Shown here: positions 25,135 through 39,124 of the stretch, in pieces
How positions within the stretch are numbered: the first letter of the stretch is position 1
How the letters are laid out: the number at the start of each line of letters is the position of its first letter
NCBI RefSeq assembly: GCF_001194135.2
Contig: NC_068981.1
Location: 173,769,644-173,833,643, forward strand
Direction: 5' to 3'
Source: Octopus bimaculoides
Taxonomy: Eukaryota
DNA: 64,000 nt
The notes under the pieces: model-generated
What the model was told of the DNA's origin: nothing
The model's database searches: none
Seen by the model: the letters and a program-made list of their open reading frames with translations, nothing else
Translations under genes and position numbers: made by a program

Positions 25135-25605
25135 CTGGTTAAGTTGCTAAGTAATTTACTCGGTGTCTATATTCCAGAGATAAAATAAATAAATAAATAA
25201 ATAAATAAATAACATGATGGTTTTGGCATCACTTTTAGACAAAGCTCTTTACAAGAAAATAAATGGTTTGAGTGGATTAGAATCAATAACAAAAGTGATG
25301 ATATATAAACATTTCCACCAAATAAGTGGTCGACATAACTGAGAAAAAAACCTCTGCTAGCAAAATTGTTAACACATCAGGCAAAATACTTAGCAGCATT
25401 TCATCCATCTATGTTCTGAGTTCAAATTCCACTGAGGTCAACTTTTTTTGCATTCTTTTGAGGCCAACAAAATAAGTACCAGTACAACACTGGGGTCGAT
25501 GTAATCGAATTACCCTCTCTTCTGAAATTGCTGGCCTTGTGCCAAAATTTGAAATTATTTTATCCACCTATCTGCTTGTTATTTTATATCTATTTTTATG
25601 TAAGA

Positions 25606-25910
25606 GGCGTAGGAGTGGCTGTGTGGTAAGTAGCTTGCTTACAAACCACATGGTTCCGGGTTCAGTCCCACTGCGTGGCACCTTGGGCAAGTGTCTTCTT
25701 TTATAGCCTTGGGCTAACCAAAGCCTTGAGTGGATTTGGTAGACGGAAACTGAAAGAAGCCTGTCGTATATGTGTGTGTGTGTGTATATATGTGTATNNN
25801 NNNNNNNNNNNNNNNNNNNNNNNNNNNNNNNNNNNNNNNNNNNNNNNNNNNNNNNNNNNNNNNNNNNNNNNNNNNNNNNNNNNNNNNNNNNNNNNNNNNN
25901 NNNNNNNNTA

Positions 25911-25950
<40 letters not shown>

Positions 25951-26060
25951 TGTGTTTGTCCCCCAACATCGCATGACAACCGATGCTGGTGTGTTTACGT
26001 AACTTAGCAGTTCGGCAAAAAGAGACTGATAGAATAAGTACTAGGCTTACAAAGAATAAG
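25606..26060 (+). mobile_element. SINE family A
   Basis: Same head and core as 20398; (TG)n tract broken by a gap. Confidence 0.9.
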
Positions 26061-28893
26061 AGATGGCTTTTGTTGGAACAAATTATTTTTACAACAGGAC
26101 ATACCTTACAGATAACCACTAAGTCACAAATCCATGCAAATGTGGATTCATAGACAAATGGTTAATAGTAAGGTTGAAATTAGACTTGGTGTTAGGCAAG
26201 AAAACATGCAAGTAGATGCTTTTGCTTTGCTCACAGTCAGAACACAATGGCTATAGTATACATTGAACTTAAAGCTACGTGGTTCATAATCCAGTACTCT
26301 TTCCTAGACACAAAGAGCCACATGTCAGCTCTGACATGTAGGTAGTTGATCAAATATCTATGTATGACAAGTCTATTGTTCAAGATTGTATTTCTTAGCC
26401 TGGTATATCATGTTCAGGACCAATTCCCCTAGTATTCCAGTCATTTTTAAGACTACACAGAGGCTATTTCATTGGCTCATCTTAACTCTACATTGTTCCC
26501 TGAATGATGGACTTCATACTAGTATCACAAAACACATGAAAATGAGACTGACGCGATTATTGATTATAGCTAGTCAAAGACATTCTCAGTGGGTTAGGGT
26601 ATAAATTGAGATAATAAAGGAATGCAACTAAATACAAGACATTAAATTAATAATGTCAATATTTATGAGACAGGTGTAAATACTACAACTACATATTTTT
26701 ATAAGTTGGGAAAGTAATGAGAACTGATACCTAGATACTTTCCCAAGAGAGGCTATAACACCATAGCAAACTATATATAAAATGTGAGCATTAAAAGATG
26801 CGAGGATTGAAACAAAACATAAAGACAGGGAAAGAGGGAGAGATATGACAAAGAGAGAAGGGTAAATTGGTATATTAGTATATATAATCATCATCATCAT
26901 AGTTTAATGTCCATTTTCTTTTGCATAGAGTGGACAGTTTCACAAGAGTCAATGTTTTGTCATAGTTTCTACAGTTAGATACTCGTCTTAATGCTCACTG
27001 TTTTATAGAGTGTACCGAATGCTTTTTACATAGCACCAGCACTAGTGAGGTCACCAAGTAACTTGCAAGACAAGACCCATCAACAAAATGGGGTATAGTA
27101 CTGAGGGAAGTGGCTTTATATCAGATGATGAGTGGTTAAAGTATGAGAGAGGGTCAGGAAGAGGTATCTTACTGAAGAGAAGATACATGGCTACCCCAGT
27201 TGGAAAAGCAAGAAAATGGTAAAGGTGTGTCGGGGCATACCCTTAAGTGACAGGAAGGTGAATATAAATGGAGTTGTACAGAAGATTGGATAAAGTGAGT
27301 GGGTAGATTAGTAAGTTTGCATGAATGCTACAGGAGAGTAGCAGATAAATTATCTTGGACAGATGGATAGATAGACAGATATATAAGAAACCTGCCCTGT
27401 TTTGGTAATTTCTTTCGTACTTTTAATCCTCATCTCATAGCACAAAGCTGCTTCCTTGGAGGTAGTCTTACAAGCTGTATTGTGACCTCACTAGTGTTGA
27501 TGACAGAGAAAAAACATTCAATACTTACTGTGATGTGGTTGGCATTAGAAAGGGTATCCAACCATAGAAACCACACTAAAGCAGACACTGGAGCGCTATG
27601 CAGTTCTTGAGCCCATAAGTTCTTGTCAAACCACCCAAACAATGCCAATATGGAACATGGACATTAAGCAATGATGATGATAGACAGATATACATATTTA
27701 TAGAATGAGGGAGAGAGAAAAGCTTGTACATCAACTCTTGAGCAGTAAATTTGATACAAGAAACTAAACTGATAATATATTATGTACATACCTGCTTAGG
27801 ACTTGACAATTCTTTTTCACAACTGTGAATAAATTTTTAAAAGTATTATTTGAGGTGGTGCTGAAAAGTTCTTAGCTTTGGGTGAAAGAAAATACAGGAG
27901 GATCAGTTAATTATGATTTTATTCAACATATTCCCAGAAATAAAGAAAGAGCTAGGCTCCTGGAGTTCTATTATGCTTATAACCTTTTAATCTGCAACAC
28001 CAACTTCAGGAAGCCCAGCCAGCCACCTGATAACCTATCAATCAGGTGACTCAGCTAGCCAGATTGATTTCATTCTCACCAGACAGCGGGATGCATGATT
28101 ACTCTTAAATACAAAGACCCTCCCTGGTGAAGAATACACCCATCCTTGTCATGCCTGCATAGACATAAATAATGATAATTGAATAGATTGCGCAAAGATT
28201 ACTGAATATCATGTATCTAATATTTGGAAATTTTGTTTGTATAATAGACAAAAACTAACAATAGATATTAATATAAGTTTGTCAACTATAAAATAGAAAA
28301 AATCCAACAACTGTCCCTACTTACTGTCAATACCTATAGGCTGAAACTTCACTTCTTGTTAGTGGATAACGATTGTAAGTAAGCATGGACATAGTTGAAA
28401 ATGTAACTTTTATCAAAAAGAAACAAACATTATTCTAAAGGACTGTATCAAGTGACATGTTGTATGCCAAAACAAGCCATACATGCCAAAATATAGAACA
28501 AGTATTAAATCAATGATGCGGAAATGTTATGTAAAAATGTTTTATGCAAATTTTATTATTGTTGGTATCAGTTGGATGAGTTTGTAACAGCTAAATTCTA
28601 CATATCCCACTTCTATATTATTTTCTCTATGAGGCCCATATTACATATAAACATAACAGGCAAATCAAGTGAGTAAATGACATAAGTTAAAAATTTGTCA
28701 GTAATGAATTTTATAAAAGACACAGGTATGGTTGTGCAAATAAGAAGCTTTTTTTTTTTTTTGCAATCACATGGTTTTGGATTCAGTTCAGTCCAACTGT
28801 ATGGCACCTAAGGTAGATCTCTTCTATTTAAACTTTGACTTGACTAATACCTTGTGAATGAAATTAGTACAGGGAGACTGTGCAGAAGCCTTT

Positions 28894-28927
<34 letters not shown>

Positions 28928-29274
28928 TATGTTAGTCGTTACATAGACACCATTTGAAAAACACAGTTTCTGTTTATGTCTCATTACTTAGCAGTGCAAC
29001 AAATAGAGATCACCAAGTGCCAGACTTAAAAATAAGTATTGGAACCAATATGATTAATTAAAGTCTTCAAGGTGGTGCCCAGGCATGGATACAGTTCAAT
29101 GACTAAAACAAGTAAAAGTAAATAGAAAAAAGTTATAAGAGTGATAATTCTTAGAAAACTGACAGCTTATTTCGTGTTATTAGTGGTACTGGATGCTGTT
29201 CAAGATAGTAATATATTTTCTTTTTAAATAATGAACAAGAATAAAAAAGACAACAAAAATTCAAGACAGCTTAC

Positions 29275-29320
29275 CTTTCATTAAATTCTCTCTCATGTTT
29301 TGTATCAAAACTTAACTGAC
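29275..29320 (-). CDS. PMS2: PMS2 exon 12, linker (QLSFDTKHEREFNE)
   Basis: Strong tttcag acceptor and AG|GTAAGC donor; 46 nt, phase 1 to 2; open frame. No motif support because the linker is variable. Confidence 0.7.
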
Positions 29321-30892
29321 CTGAAATAAAGACAAAGGATTAAAAAAACTACAATCATATTTACGTTGAAAATTTTTATGACTTCAAATTACTAAAGACT
29401 GAAAATTGTAAAATTTTTCTTTACATTTCTCCATTATTACACTACAAGAACCATCTAATTGGCCAGCAGCAAACCTGTTGTTTTTAGAATCCTTTCCTGA
29501 AAGTGAGCAATAGTTAATTTCTCATAAAATAAAAGCTGGAGTTAGATATAACAAGAGGAAGAATCATTAGAGCATCAGAAAAAGTGTCTTGCAGTATTTC
29601 TTCCAGCTCTTTACATTCGGAGTTCATATCCTGCCTTGTTCAACTTTGCCTTTCATCCTTCTGGGATTTCAGAGATTGATAAAATAAAGTACCTTCAACT
29701 ACTGTGGTCAATCCTCATCATCATCATCATTTAACGTCTGCTTTCCATGCTGGCATGGGTTGGACAGGCTTCACTCTGATTTGGCAAGATTTCTACATCT
29801 GGATGCCCTTCCTAACGCCAATCATTCAGTGGCTGCTTTTATGTGCCTCTGGCATGGGAACCAGTCAGGTGGCACTGGCATCAGCCATGCTCGAATGGTG
29901 CTTTTTAGCATGGCAGGGTTTCGACTATCCTCCTCTCCACAAAACACCTGGCCTTCTGCCTAGCTTAGAAACAATTAAGAGCAGCAAACTAGCAGGATCA
30001 TTAGAGTTTCTAAAAATTATGATCTGTGATATTTGTTCCAGCTCTCTACATTCTGAGTTCAAATCCTACTGAGATCAACTTTGCCTTTCATCCTTTTGAG
30101 GTCAATAAAATAAAATACTAGTCAAGTACTAACCTCTCTCCCATCAAAATTGCTGGTCTTGTACCTAAAGCAAAAACTACTACTACTACTACTACTACTA
30201 CTATTATTATTATTATCATTATCATTATGCTACCAAGGTCCAATTTACCTTTCATCCTTTCAGGGTCAAAAAAAAAAAAAATTGTTCCAGTTCCTTGTGC
30301 CTATATCAGAAAAGATTATCATCATTATTATTAAGTTGTACGTCTGGAACCCTTGTTATTGTAACTGATAGAGTGCCAGTTTTATTATCTAAAACTATTA
30401 TTACCACCCACCAATGACCTATTACCCATCCACTCTCATTTAACATAATTAATGTCCTGCAACTCACTGAGTTGCTGGAGCACCACAAAAGAGCTGGTCT
30501 TCCTGAATTGTTTCAAAGTTACATACACTGGTATAGTTTCCTGTTGCTTTTACCAGTTTCATGGAAAATTAGCACTTTGCACTGAAAATAAAGGACACCA
30601 AATCAATTATACAGTTCACCACTGCTAAAAGTGTTGAACTATATCTTGATATGTTCCCCATTTTATAAATGGGTGAACATAGCCACTGAGAGTTCAGTGT
30701 TTTTTCTTGGGATACATTGCAGCACCTGATATGGAATATGAACAGCTGACATGTCCATCTTACAAGTTACAAGAATATCAACTGACATAACCTAATTTTA
30801 ATAATCTGAAATGAGTGTTTTTGTTACCCAGTTCCATTTTACTTTCATAAAGTAAAAACTATTGTTAGACACAAACCAACAAGGAACTTCTA

Positions 30893-31019
30893 CAGGGTGT
30901 CCACAAGGTCTGGGTACATGGAGTAAATAAAATCATAACATAAACAATTAAATATAAGAAATAATAATTTCTTAAAGTATGTGTTAATCCCCATGTACCC
31001 AGACTTTGTGGACACCCTG
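30893..31019. mobile_element. Tc1/mariner-type MITE, 127 bp
   Basis: TIRs cagggtgtccacaa(g/a)gtctgggtacatgg of about 29 bp with 1 mismatch; TA on both flanks. Confidence 0.93.
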
Positions 31020-31579
31020 TATATAATCACATATCCTGCTTAGTGTAGCAGTCAAATCTACTTTAACATGAGGGAACCTGTATGTCATGTGTTTTACCAG
31101 AAATAACCTACTCTCATAAAACAATAAAGCAATCAAACAAAGGCAGGATGGTTAGAACAGGAATGTCTGATCTGCTCCATCAAAGCTGACCTACCACTAA
31201 ACAACAAATTCAATACACTTTATATCAAATGGTGACATGTATTAAATCTAAAGTGTTAGGAAATTATGTCCCACAATAAAAGCAGGATGACCATGGCTAG
31301 AACACTTACTCAATGATGTATATGATTGATTACTTTTGTGTTACAGCAATACATGAAGTTCCTAAAATCACTGGATTTTAGACTTTACTCTTCCTGCTCA
31401 AACAGGAGCTGACCTTAACTCCCAATAATAACTATTTGGTCACACAGTTCATTACCCTTTATCTTCATCATACATCATTATAGCCACTTCTAACATCTGG
31501 CATTTTGCAAGGAGGTTAAGCAAATTAAAAATACTAGAATTTCAAGATCAATACTAAGAAATTAACTCAACTGCATTAC

Positions 31580-31640
31580 CTTTCATAGAAATACTTGTAC
31601 AAATAGCAGACGTTGGTTCATAAAGTGCCAACAGTGAAGC
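31580..31640 (-). CDS. PMS2: PMS2 exon 11 (ASLLALYEPTSAICTSISMK)
   Basis: tttcag acceptor and G|GTAATG donor; 61 nt, phase 0 to 1; occupies the position of vertebrate TSLIGMF. Confidence 0.85.
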
Positions 31641-32532
31641 CTGAAATAGAAAAAGGTTTTAGTGAACTGTGCAAAAATTGCAGTTTTCATACAAAATTAT
31701 GTGAACTTGTGTCTTTGTTATAAATTTAGCAAAGGAAGACGTCAGGTCTTTGGAGAATGGTTATAGGAGCAAGTATATCTGTATGGTTAGAATCACTTCA
31801 CAACCATGCGTTTCTGGGTCCAAACCCACTGTGTCTTGGGTAAGTATCTTCTACTAAGGCTTTAGTAAATCCAATGGCTTGATGAGATTATTTTTAACAA
31901 TGAAACCTCAGTTTCTCTTTTAGATCACTCGTCTAAAGATGCAATTCTTAGTTCTCAGAATTCAAACAAAAATGATGATAACACAAAATAGATAATGTAT
32001 TACATCAAATTCCTTGACTTTGCAGTTATTATTTCATGTTTGCATAAATAGAGCAACTATTTTTAAAGATGGATGCTCTTTTCTAACACTAAATTATGAA
32101 TAGAACCTGTTTTTGTCAATCAAGCAACCACAACCATGCAGAGTTATATGCTTTGCTCTGGGTAAAACAAAATAGTTGTAATAAGAAGAGCCTTTTAATC
32201 ATGTGGTTAGTATACCAGCACTTAAAATCACAATTATTGTACCCCATATCAAAATATGACTCTGCATCCATGGGACTTGAACTAACAATTTCTGGTTTAA
32301 GAACCTAGTGTTTCCAGAGTCTTTGGAAAAGACACACTGGATGTGAACCTGGGTTTATGACATAAAGGAAAAGACAGGCTGGGCACATTGGAATGCTTTT
32401 GATCAGGATTGATTTGGAGCTAAACAAAAACCACTGCCACCATAATCAGTTTCACTATCATCACACAAATCAATACAAGTAAAACATTGGAGAGGGAGAG
32501 AAACACAAATAAAAAAAGATGTTGACAAGAAC

Positions 32533-32612
32533 CTTTATGATAGCATGAAGTAACTTCTCATTCTCAAAGAATACTTTCCGTTTATCAGGTGTAACATTGA
32601 CATCAACACTTC
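32533..32612 (-). CDS. PMS2: PMS2 exon 10 (SVDVNVTPDKRKVFFENEKLLHAIIK)
   Basis: VDVNVTPDKR motif; ctctag acceptor and AAG|GTTCTT donor; 80 nt. Confidence 0.95.
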
Positions 32613-32874
32613 CTAGAGAAGGAGAAAAAATGAAAATAAAATATAAACATTTAGTTAAGTGTCAACAATTTAAGAATGCTTTATAAATAGAAATTTTTAA
32701 AGAAGAAGTGCACTATAGCTGTGTGGTTAAGATTTCGCTTTTCAACTATATGGTTTCAGGTTCAATTTCACAGTACAACTCCTTAAGAAAATGTCTCTTC
32801 TACCATAAACTTGAGTCAACTTAAACCTTATAAGTAAAATTTGGTAGGCAGAAGCTGTGTGGAAGCCTGCGATC

Positions 32875-33225
32875 ATCGTCGCCATTGCTGTTTAACAGTC
32901 ACAGCCCACGTTTCACTGCCATGTAGCACGGCTGTTTGCACATGCCATACAGTCTACCTTTCACTCTGAGCAAGAGGCCCTTTGTTAACAGCAGAGGTAG
33001 GAGCTGTCTGAACTTTGCCTAGGCTATTCTTATTCTAGCAGCTACACTCTCAGAGCAACTAACCCCACTGCTGACTTGGTCACCTAGGTAACGGAAGCTA
33101 TCAACTACTTCTAGTTTTTCTCCCTGGCATGTGATGGAAGCTGTTCTCTCCACATTTTCAGTGTTTATTGCCCCTGTGCATCTGCCATACACAAAAACTA
33201 TCTTCCCAAACCTTCCAGGCAAATC
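32875..33225 (-). mobile_element. RTE LINE internal fragment
   Basis: GEKLEVVDSFRYLGDQVSSG..SESVAARIRIA, closely matching 10800-11120. Confidence 0.9.
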
Positions 33226-33821
33226 ATTTCTTTTTTTTTAAGTGTTAGACTTCATACGTCATCCATTTTAACACCACCACCTTCCCCTTGTGTACCTAAA
33301 TCAGATTACATTCTGTTGCAAGCATTCAGATAAGTTTCTGGTCTGAACATCAATCTTGCACACACTGAAAAGGGTCATAGGTTCTATCATTCTTTGGCTA
33401 AGTCACGGAAAAATGTATAAATAAAAACAGAAAAATATTAATTGAACTGGTTTGTTGAATAGAGATTTCTCAAACAGGAAGGTCCAACATTTGCAAGGAG
33501 ATGGCTACATACAAATAAAACTATGAAACAAATTGATTAACCAAGAGTTTACGTCCACTATAGGCCACTTACTAGTAGGTTAATGATGAAAAGAAAATGT
33601 CTCCTAAACATTTGACTGTCATAAAGTTGCTGCTGTGGTTCCACTAGCATCAAGCAAGTGAGAAAAGAATCTGTAACCTGAGTATTTTGACAATCTGTTC
33701 AGGTAAACATTCTGGCATCATCATTTCACATCTCCAAACATGCTGAGACAGGTTTTTGAGACTTGAATTCCAACTAAGAGTTTGTACCCAACCTGTCTTT
33801 TCCTGAATGTGTCATAAACAT

Positions 33822-34095
33822 CATCATCATAATCATCATCGTTTAACGTCCGCCTTCCATGCTAGCATGGGTTGGACGATTTGACTGAGGACTGGTGAAA
33901 CCGGATGGCAACACCAGGCTCCAATCTAATTTGGCAGAGTTTCTACAGCTGGATGCCCTTCCTAATGCCAACCACTCAGAGAGTGTAGTGGGTGCTTTTA
34001 CGTGTCACCCGCACGAAAACAGCCACGCTCAAAATGGTGTCTTTTATGTGCCACCCGCACAAGAGCCAGTCCAGGGGCACCGGCAACCACCAATT
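33822..34095 (-). mobile_element. RTE LINE 3' UTR fragment
   Basis: (cat)n-cgtttaacgtccgccttccatgctagcatgggttggacg..., same as 679-925. Confidence 0.88.
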
Positions 34096-35393
34096 TAAAT
34101 ACATGCTACTGGAGTTGGAATTACCATGGTTCCTGACATCAAACCTGCCCTCTGGTAAATCCTCATTAATGGATTTGAAGTGTACTCATATCAATTGTGG
34201 GGCTTTGACAGAGTTCAGTGTCATTATTTTCCATTACTATCTCCCTATGCAAGGAAGAGGTAATTTGTGTACTGATGCCCTCCTTGGATGTGAAAGCTGT
34301 TTTGCATGCTTTCTCTCTGGAATCAAATCCTGATATCCCATTACCCTTTGACACGATGATCAGCATCTACAAAGCTGTTGATAGTTGATAGGTTGGACAG
34401 GTCTCTTTGCATCTCCTAACATTTTGTCCTTCACCATTTGGTACACACTACAGAAAATTAGCTATTTTTTTGTAGTGTATATCATAATTTTTTACAAGAA
34501 TTTTTAGTTAGATTGCATTTCTATCACTGAGTGCATTTTATTTTAGACTAATGAGTCTCCTCAAACTTGCATCAGCTTTTTTATTTATCTACTGTCCATT
34601 TCAATGGGTTTCTTGCATGGCAGTTTTTATTTGAAAAATCTTATCAAACATGTAGACTGATATACCATGTCCAAAGACACAACAGACAATCCACTAACTC
34701 AATATCTAATCTATTACCACAGCATTTTGATTGAGGACTAATATATAGGCTTGGTCTTCTAAAAATAGCAGCTAAATCTTCTTTAAAACAGACTTTTCTA
34801 TCTTGAATAAGAAAAAGATACACTGGATAATACAGATGGGATGATCATGACTGGAATGCCTTTGATCACAAGTCTTTCATTGAGGGGCTTTAACAACAAC
34901 AACTAGTTCTTATTTTATCAATCCTAGAATGAAGAAAAGTAAATAAAGCTAACTCCAATAGATCTTGAACTCAAGATTGTAAGAAGCACCCACTACACTC
35001 TTGGATTTCTATGGCATCCAGCTATAGAAATCAAACCAAATCAGACTGGAGCCTAGTAGAGTTCTCTGGCTTACCATTCCCAGTCAAACTGTCTAACCCT
35101 GCCAGCATGGAAAATGGATGTTTAAATGATGATGATTATGATTATTTTGAATGCAGGAAAAGTTGAAATGAAAAATTTGAGGATGGAAAATTAGATACTG
35201 CAAGCACTATGTGTTAAAGGATTATATTGTGTCTGATATTTACTGATGAGGATGAACCTGATTTTGTTTGATTAGAAAAAAGATCAATTTTGAAGAGAGA
35301 AGGTATGAAAATAGCGGCGGCAGTAGCAGTAGTGGTGGTAGTAGTAGTACCAGCAGCAGCAGCAGCAACAAAGAAAGGAAGTAGAAATATTAC

Positions 35394-35478
35394 CTTTGGT
35401 AATGTTCAGCTGAAGAACCACAAATGGGTACTGGTGACGGTTGTACATGTGATAAACATCATTGACAATCTTAGTGAT
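35394..35478 (-). CDS. PMS2: PMS2 exon 9 ([28 protein letters not shown])
   Basis: [15 protein letters not shown] matches vertebrate PMS2; ttgcag acceptor and G|GTAATA donor; 85 nt. Confidence 0.97.
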
Positions 35479-36703
35479 CTGCAAAAGCAAAAGATTTACT
35501 TACGAAAAATCAGTCAGTATAAAAATCCAAGCACACTCATAGGCAGCAGAGTTATTTGAGATTATTTTGATTTTAAAGACAACATAGGATTCAACACTCA
35601 ATATATAATTTAGAGTTAATAACAAGAACTACAAACTGAGATTTTACATCGTATTATTCCAAATTTCACATTACCACTTTTGCCCATGACTAAGATTTAC
35701 TAATCACATACAAGCATACAATGGAGATATAAATTTGATCAAAATGAGACTAAGTTTCTAAGATTTAAGAGCTTAGATTTTCAAAATTTAAGATAAGGTA
35801 AATCATTATAAAGATGAAAATAAGAATAAAAATAAAGTAATTATGAGAAAACTATAAGACAAATTGGTAGACAGGAGTGTAAATAAGAAAGCAGTAGAGG
35901 AATAAGAGAATAATGTATGCTAATGTGTATTACAATTATTTTTCCCTTACATTTTAAACATCTTTAATATAAGACTAAACGTCTCCAGTAAAGGACTATA
36001 TACAGAAAACATGTTAGTAGTCACACACAGCATGGACATGATTAGGATATAATAAGCATATTTAAGGAATTTCATTTAAGAATAAGAACAAGTAAGGCTG
36101 TGAGGCTAAGAAGCTTGTTTCCCAATCATATAGTCTAGTGTTCAGTCACACTGTGTGGCACCTTAGGCAAATGTCATCTACTATAGTCCCAGGTCAATCA
36201 AAATTTCATGAGTGAATTTGGTAGATGGAAACTGAATGAACCCTCTGTGTGTGAGTACACTTTGTCTTGACATCATGTGATGGTTGTAAACAAGCTTCTT
36301 TACAGCTCTAAGGGTTTTTAGCTCTTATTTCTAGCAATGTAGGTTCTACCCTGCACCATCAGTCACAATTAGTAACAATTGAATTTGTCCTTTTTGGTTT
36401 TATATTGCGTAAAGCTGCCCTAGTTATTTTATATGACAGGCTTCTTTCAGTTTTTGTCTACCAAATCCACTCACAAGGATTTGGTTGGCCCAGAGCTAGA
36501 TTAGAAGACACTTGCCCAATGTATCATGCAGTGGAACTGAATTCAGACCAACATGGTGGGGAAGCAAATTTCTTACCACACGGCCATGCTTGAACCAGTA
36601 TGCTCTAATATTATAGATGGCATTCATTAAGTAAACTCAATGGATATAATATATATATAATCATTAACAAATTCTATTAATTATTCTCATTATTGAAACT
36701 TAC

Positions 36704-36803
36704 CTTCACAGAATCACAGGGGCGTTTATTGACAAAATAAAATTGCCGGTCAGTGCTACTTCTTCCACAGCCATGTTCACATTTTGAAATGTAACCGTCA
36801 ATG
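36704..36803 (-). CDS. PMS2: PMS2 exon 8 ([33 protein letters not shown])
   Basis: [15 protein letters not shown] motif; tttatag acceptor and AAG|GTAAGT donor; 100 nt. Confidence 0.97.
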
Positions 36804-37289
36804 CTATAAAATTAACATTATTGATTTTTAAGTCCTCGGCAATCAAAATGAATATTAGCAATACCTTACAATATGGAAAAATGGTTTTGCATTATGGTAT
36901 TTAGCTCTTGAACTCATAGTTCTAAATGTTTCCTGCTGTTTTTCTTTTTTGTTTGTTATTTAACAGGTTTAGGGGCAGTGGCATGACCTTTGCAAATCCA
37001 CCCATATTGGTAAGTTTTAACTGATTGATGATCAATTTGAACACCTGTTAGCAGGAAGTGAATTACAGAGGTTTTCAGTTCAGAGAAGAATAGATTGATT
37101 GGATGAGTGTTTTATGCAACATTTGAGGAATGAGATATATCAGGGACGATAAGTGGAGGAATAACAGGTAGGTTTATATGGAGATGGTATTGTGCTGAGT
37201 CAAAAGTTTTGCAATATTTTGGTAATTTGTTTGCTTAAACGACGATGATGATGATGATGATGATCCATCAAGTTACAACAAAAGCAGCC

Positions 37290-37500
37290 TAACATTCAAA
37301 GTAGAGGCCATCATGTTGCACTGTCTGAAGCCACTTTTCTACCAGTTCTTTGATCTCAGGTTGATACCACTTCTTTCTTTTGAAGCAAAGAAGTCCTTCA
37401 CTGAAGCTTCCACCTCCTCTTGGTTAATGAAACGTCATGAGCGAAGGAAGTGAACCATGAATCCAAACAAAGAATAATCCAAGGAACATTTGTTTCTGCA
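37290..37500 (-). mobile_element. Mariner transposase C-terminal fragment
   Basis: DYSLFGFMVHFL..F.NQEEVEASVKDFFASKEKKWY..IKELVEKW on the minus strand. Confidence 0.8.
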
Positions 37501-37519
37501 ATGCTAATGTGCATAAGTA

Positions 37520-37890
37520 GTGGTTAAGCAAGGGCCAGCTTCCAGAACCTGTTGCCAAACATGGGTATTTTGAACATAAAGTGATGCTCTACATCTGGTG
37601 GAATTATGAGGGGATAATTCTCTGAATTTGTCCTGGACAATTGAACCACCAATGCCAACCTTTACTCCAGACAACTGGAGCAGATGTATGCCAATGTGTG
37701 GCAAAAATACCTGGCATTAGTTAACAAAAAGTGAGCTCTTCATCAGCAAGACAATGCAAGACCTCATATCATTTGAGCAACATGGAATAAACTCCAGGAA
37801 CTTCAGGCAATCAAACTGATGCCACACCTAGCATGTGGTCTGGACCTAGCTCCCTTGGATTATTACTTGTTCCAATCCATTTATAACTGG
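37520..37890 (+). mobile_element. Mariner transposase catalytic-core fragment (DD34D region), degenerate
   Basis: KVMLYIWWNYEGII; QDNARPH; DLAPLDYYLFQS motifs with stops and frameshifts. Confidence 0.82.
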
Positions 37891-38029
37891 TTGAAGTTCT
37901 TCATTCTCAATTGAAAAAAGGTGATCACAATACAAGGACAACATTCTGCACCTTATGTATTTACATCTGTATCCAGTTGTTTGGAGCATTCATTAAAAAA
38001 AAAATGGATGTGAACTTGAAGTGTAGTGC

Positions 38030-38800
38030 AGATGACATTAAGCAGCACTTTGAGATAAAAAGAACAGATCCTATATGCTAAAGATCTTTCCTACAATCTG
38101 ACCAGAACACAATGCAGCAAAGGATTTCTGAGTGGTAACTCAAGTTGGCTGTAAACAAGTGCATCACTATACATTTCACAAGGAAGAACCTGGAATTTAT
38201 CTATTCCATCTACAACACCAATCTTAAGTCTTCTCATGAATGTGGCCAAGGCATTATCGTCAACAATGATCTGCATCAGGCAAACCACATATCTAATATT
38301 GTCAACAAGACCAAAGGTTTCTAAGCATCACTTAGTAAGATCCTTATCAACTACAACTGGCTATCTATTTAAAGCTATATATGTAACTACACTTACAGTT
38401 TGATTCTCTTGGAACTCCATCTTGTCCAGAGATACGCATCCAGATGAATACACCTTGTCAATCAATTACCAATATCTTGAACTTCTTGCTCCTCAGAGCA
38501 TCAACACACTAAAGCTTTGACATCTGGCAACTGACTTGGTAGAGGCTAAGATTATCCATTTAACTTGGCCACCTTTTAAAATTTAATATCTCTACCATTT
38601 GCGTAGAAGTTTCTTAAAATCAAAAATCAGCAAGATATCCATGATTTTTTAAAACATTTTTCATGTTCAGAATTGTCAAAGTATGGAATAAACTATCTTC
38701 ATCAGTTGATAGCTCTCATGACACTATATTCTTCAAAGATTCCATGCTTCCTGAAATTCACCAGTACTTTTACCAGGCCTATGAGCCCTTTACATTTTAT
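38030..38800 (+). mobile_element. Degenerate CR1/L2-like LINE 3' remnant
   Basis: Fragments resembling post-RT LELLAPQS..DL and FRIVKVWNKL; low similarity judged by eye. Confidence 0.45.
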
Positions 38801-39124
38801 AGCTCTTTTAAAATTCTATTTTCTGTCTGTGTACTAGGCATGCACTTTTGGTTATCATTGCTATCTTTTGTTTACTTGACTATTGCCACTTTATACCCAC
38901 TCTTTATCCATTTCTGACATGCCATAGTGCATCTGAGAACTGCATACAATAAGCTCATTATCATTACTATTTTTAAAAATGAACTTGAGAGGAAATCCAA
39001 GGTCAGAACATGAAGTGACATGACTAAATATTACATGGCGTTTTATATGGCACTCAAGTGAAAATCTGTCATCACCTACCATTTATACAATGAAATAGTA
39101 ATATAATTAATTCTCTTAAAATAC

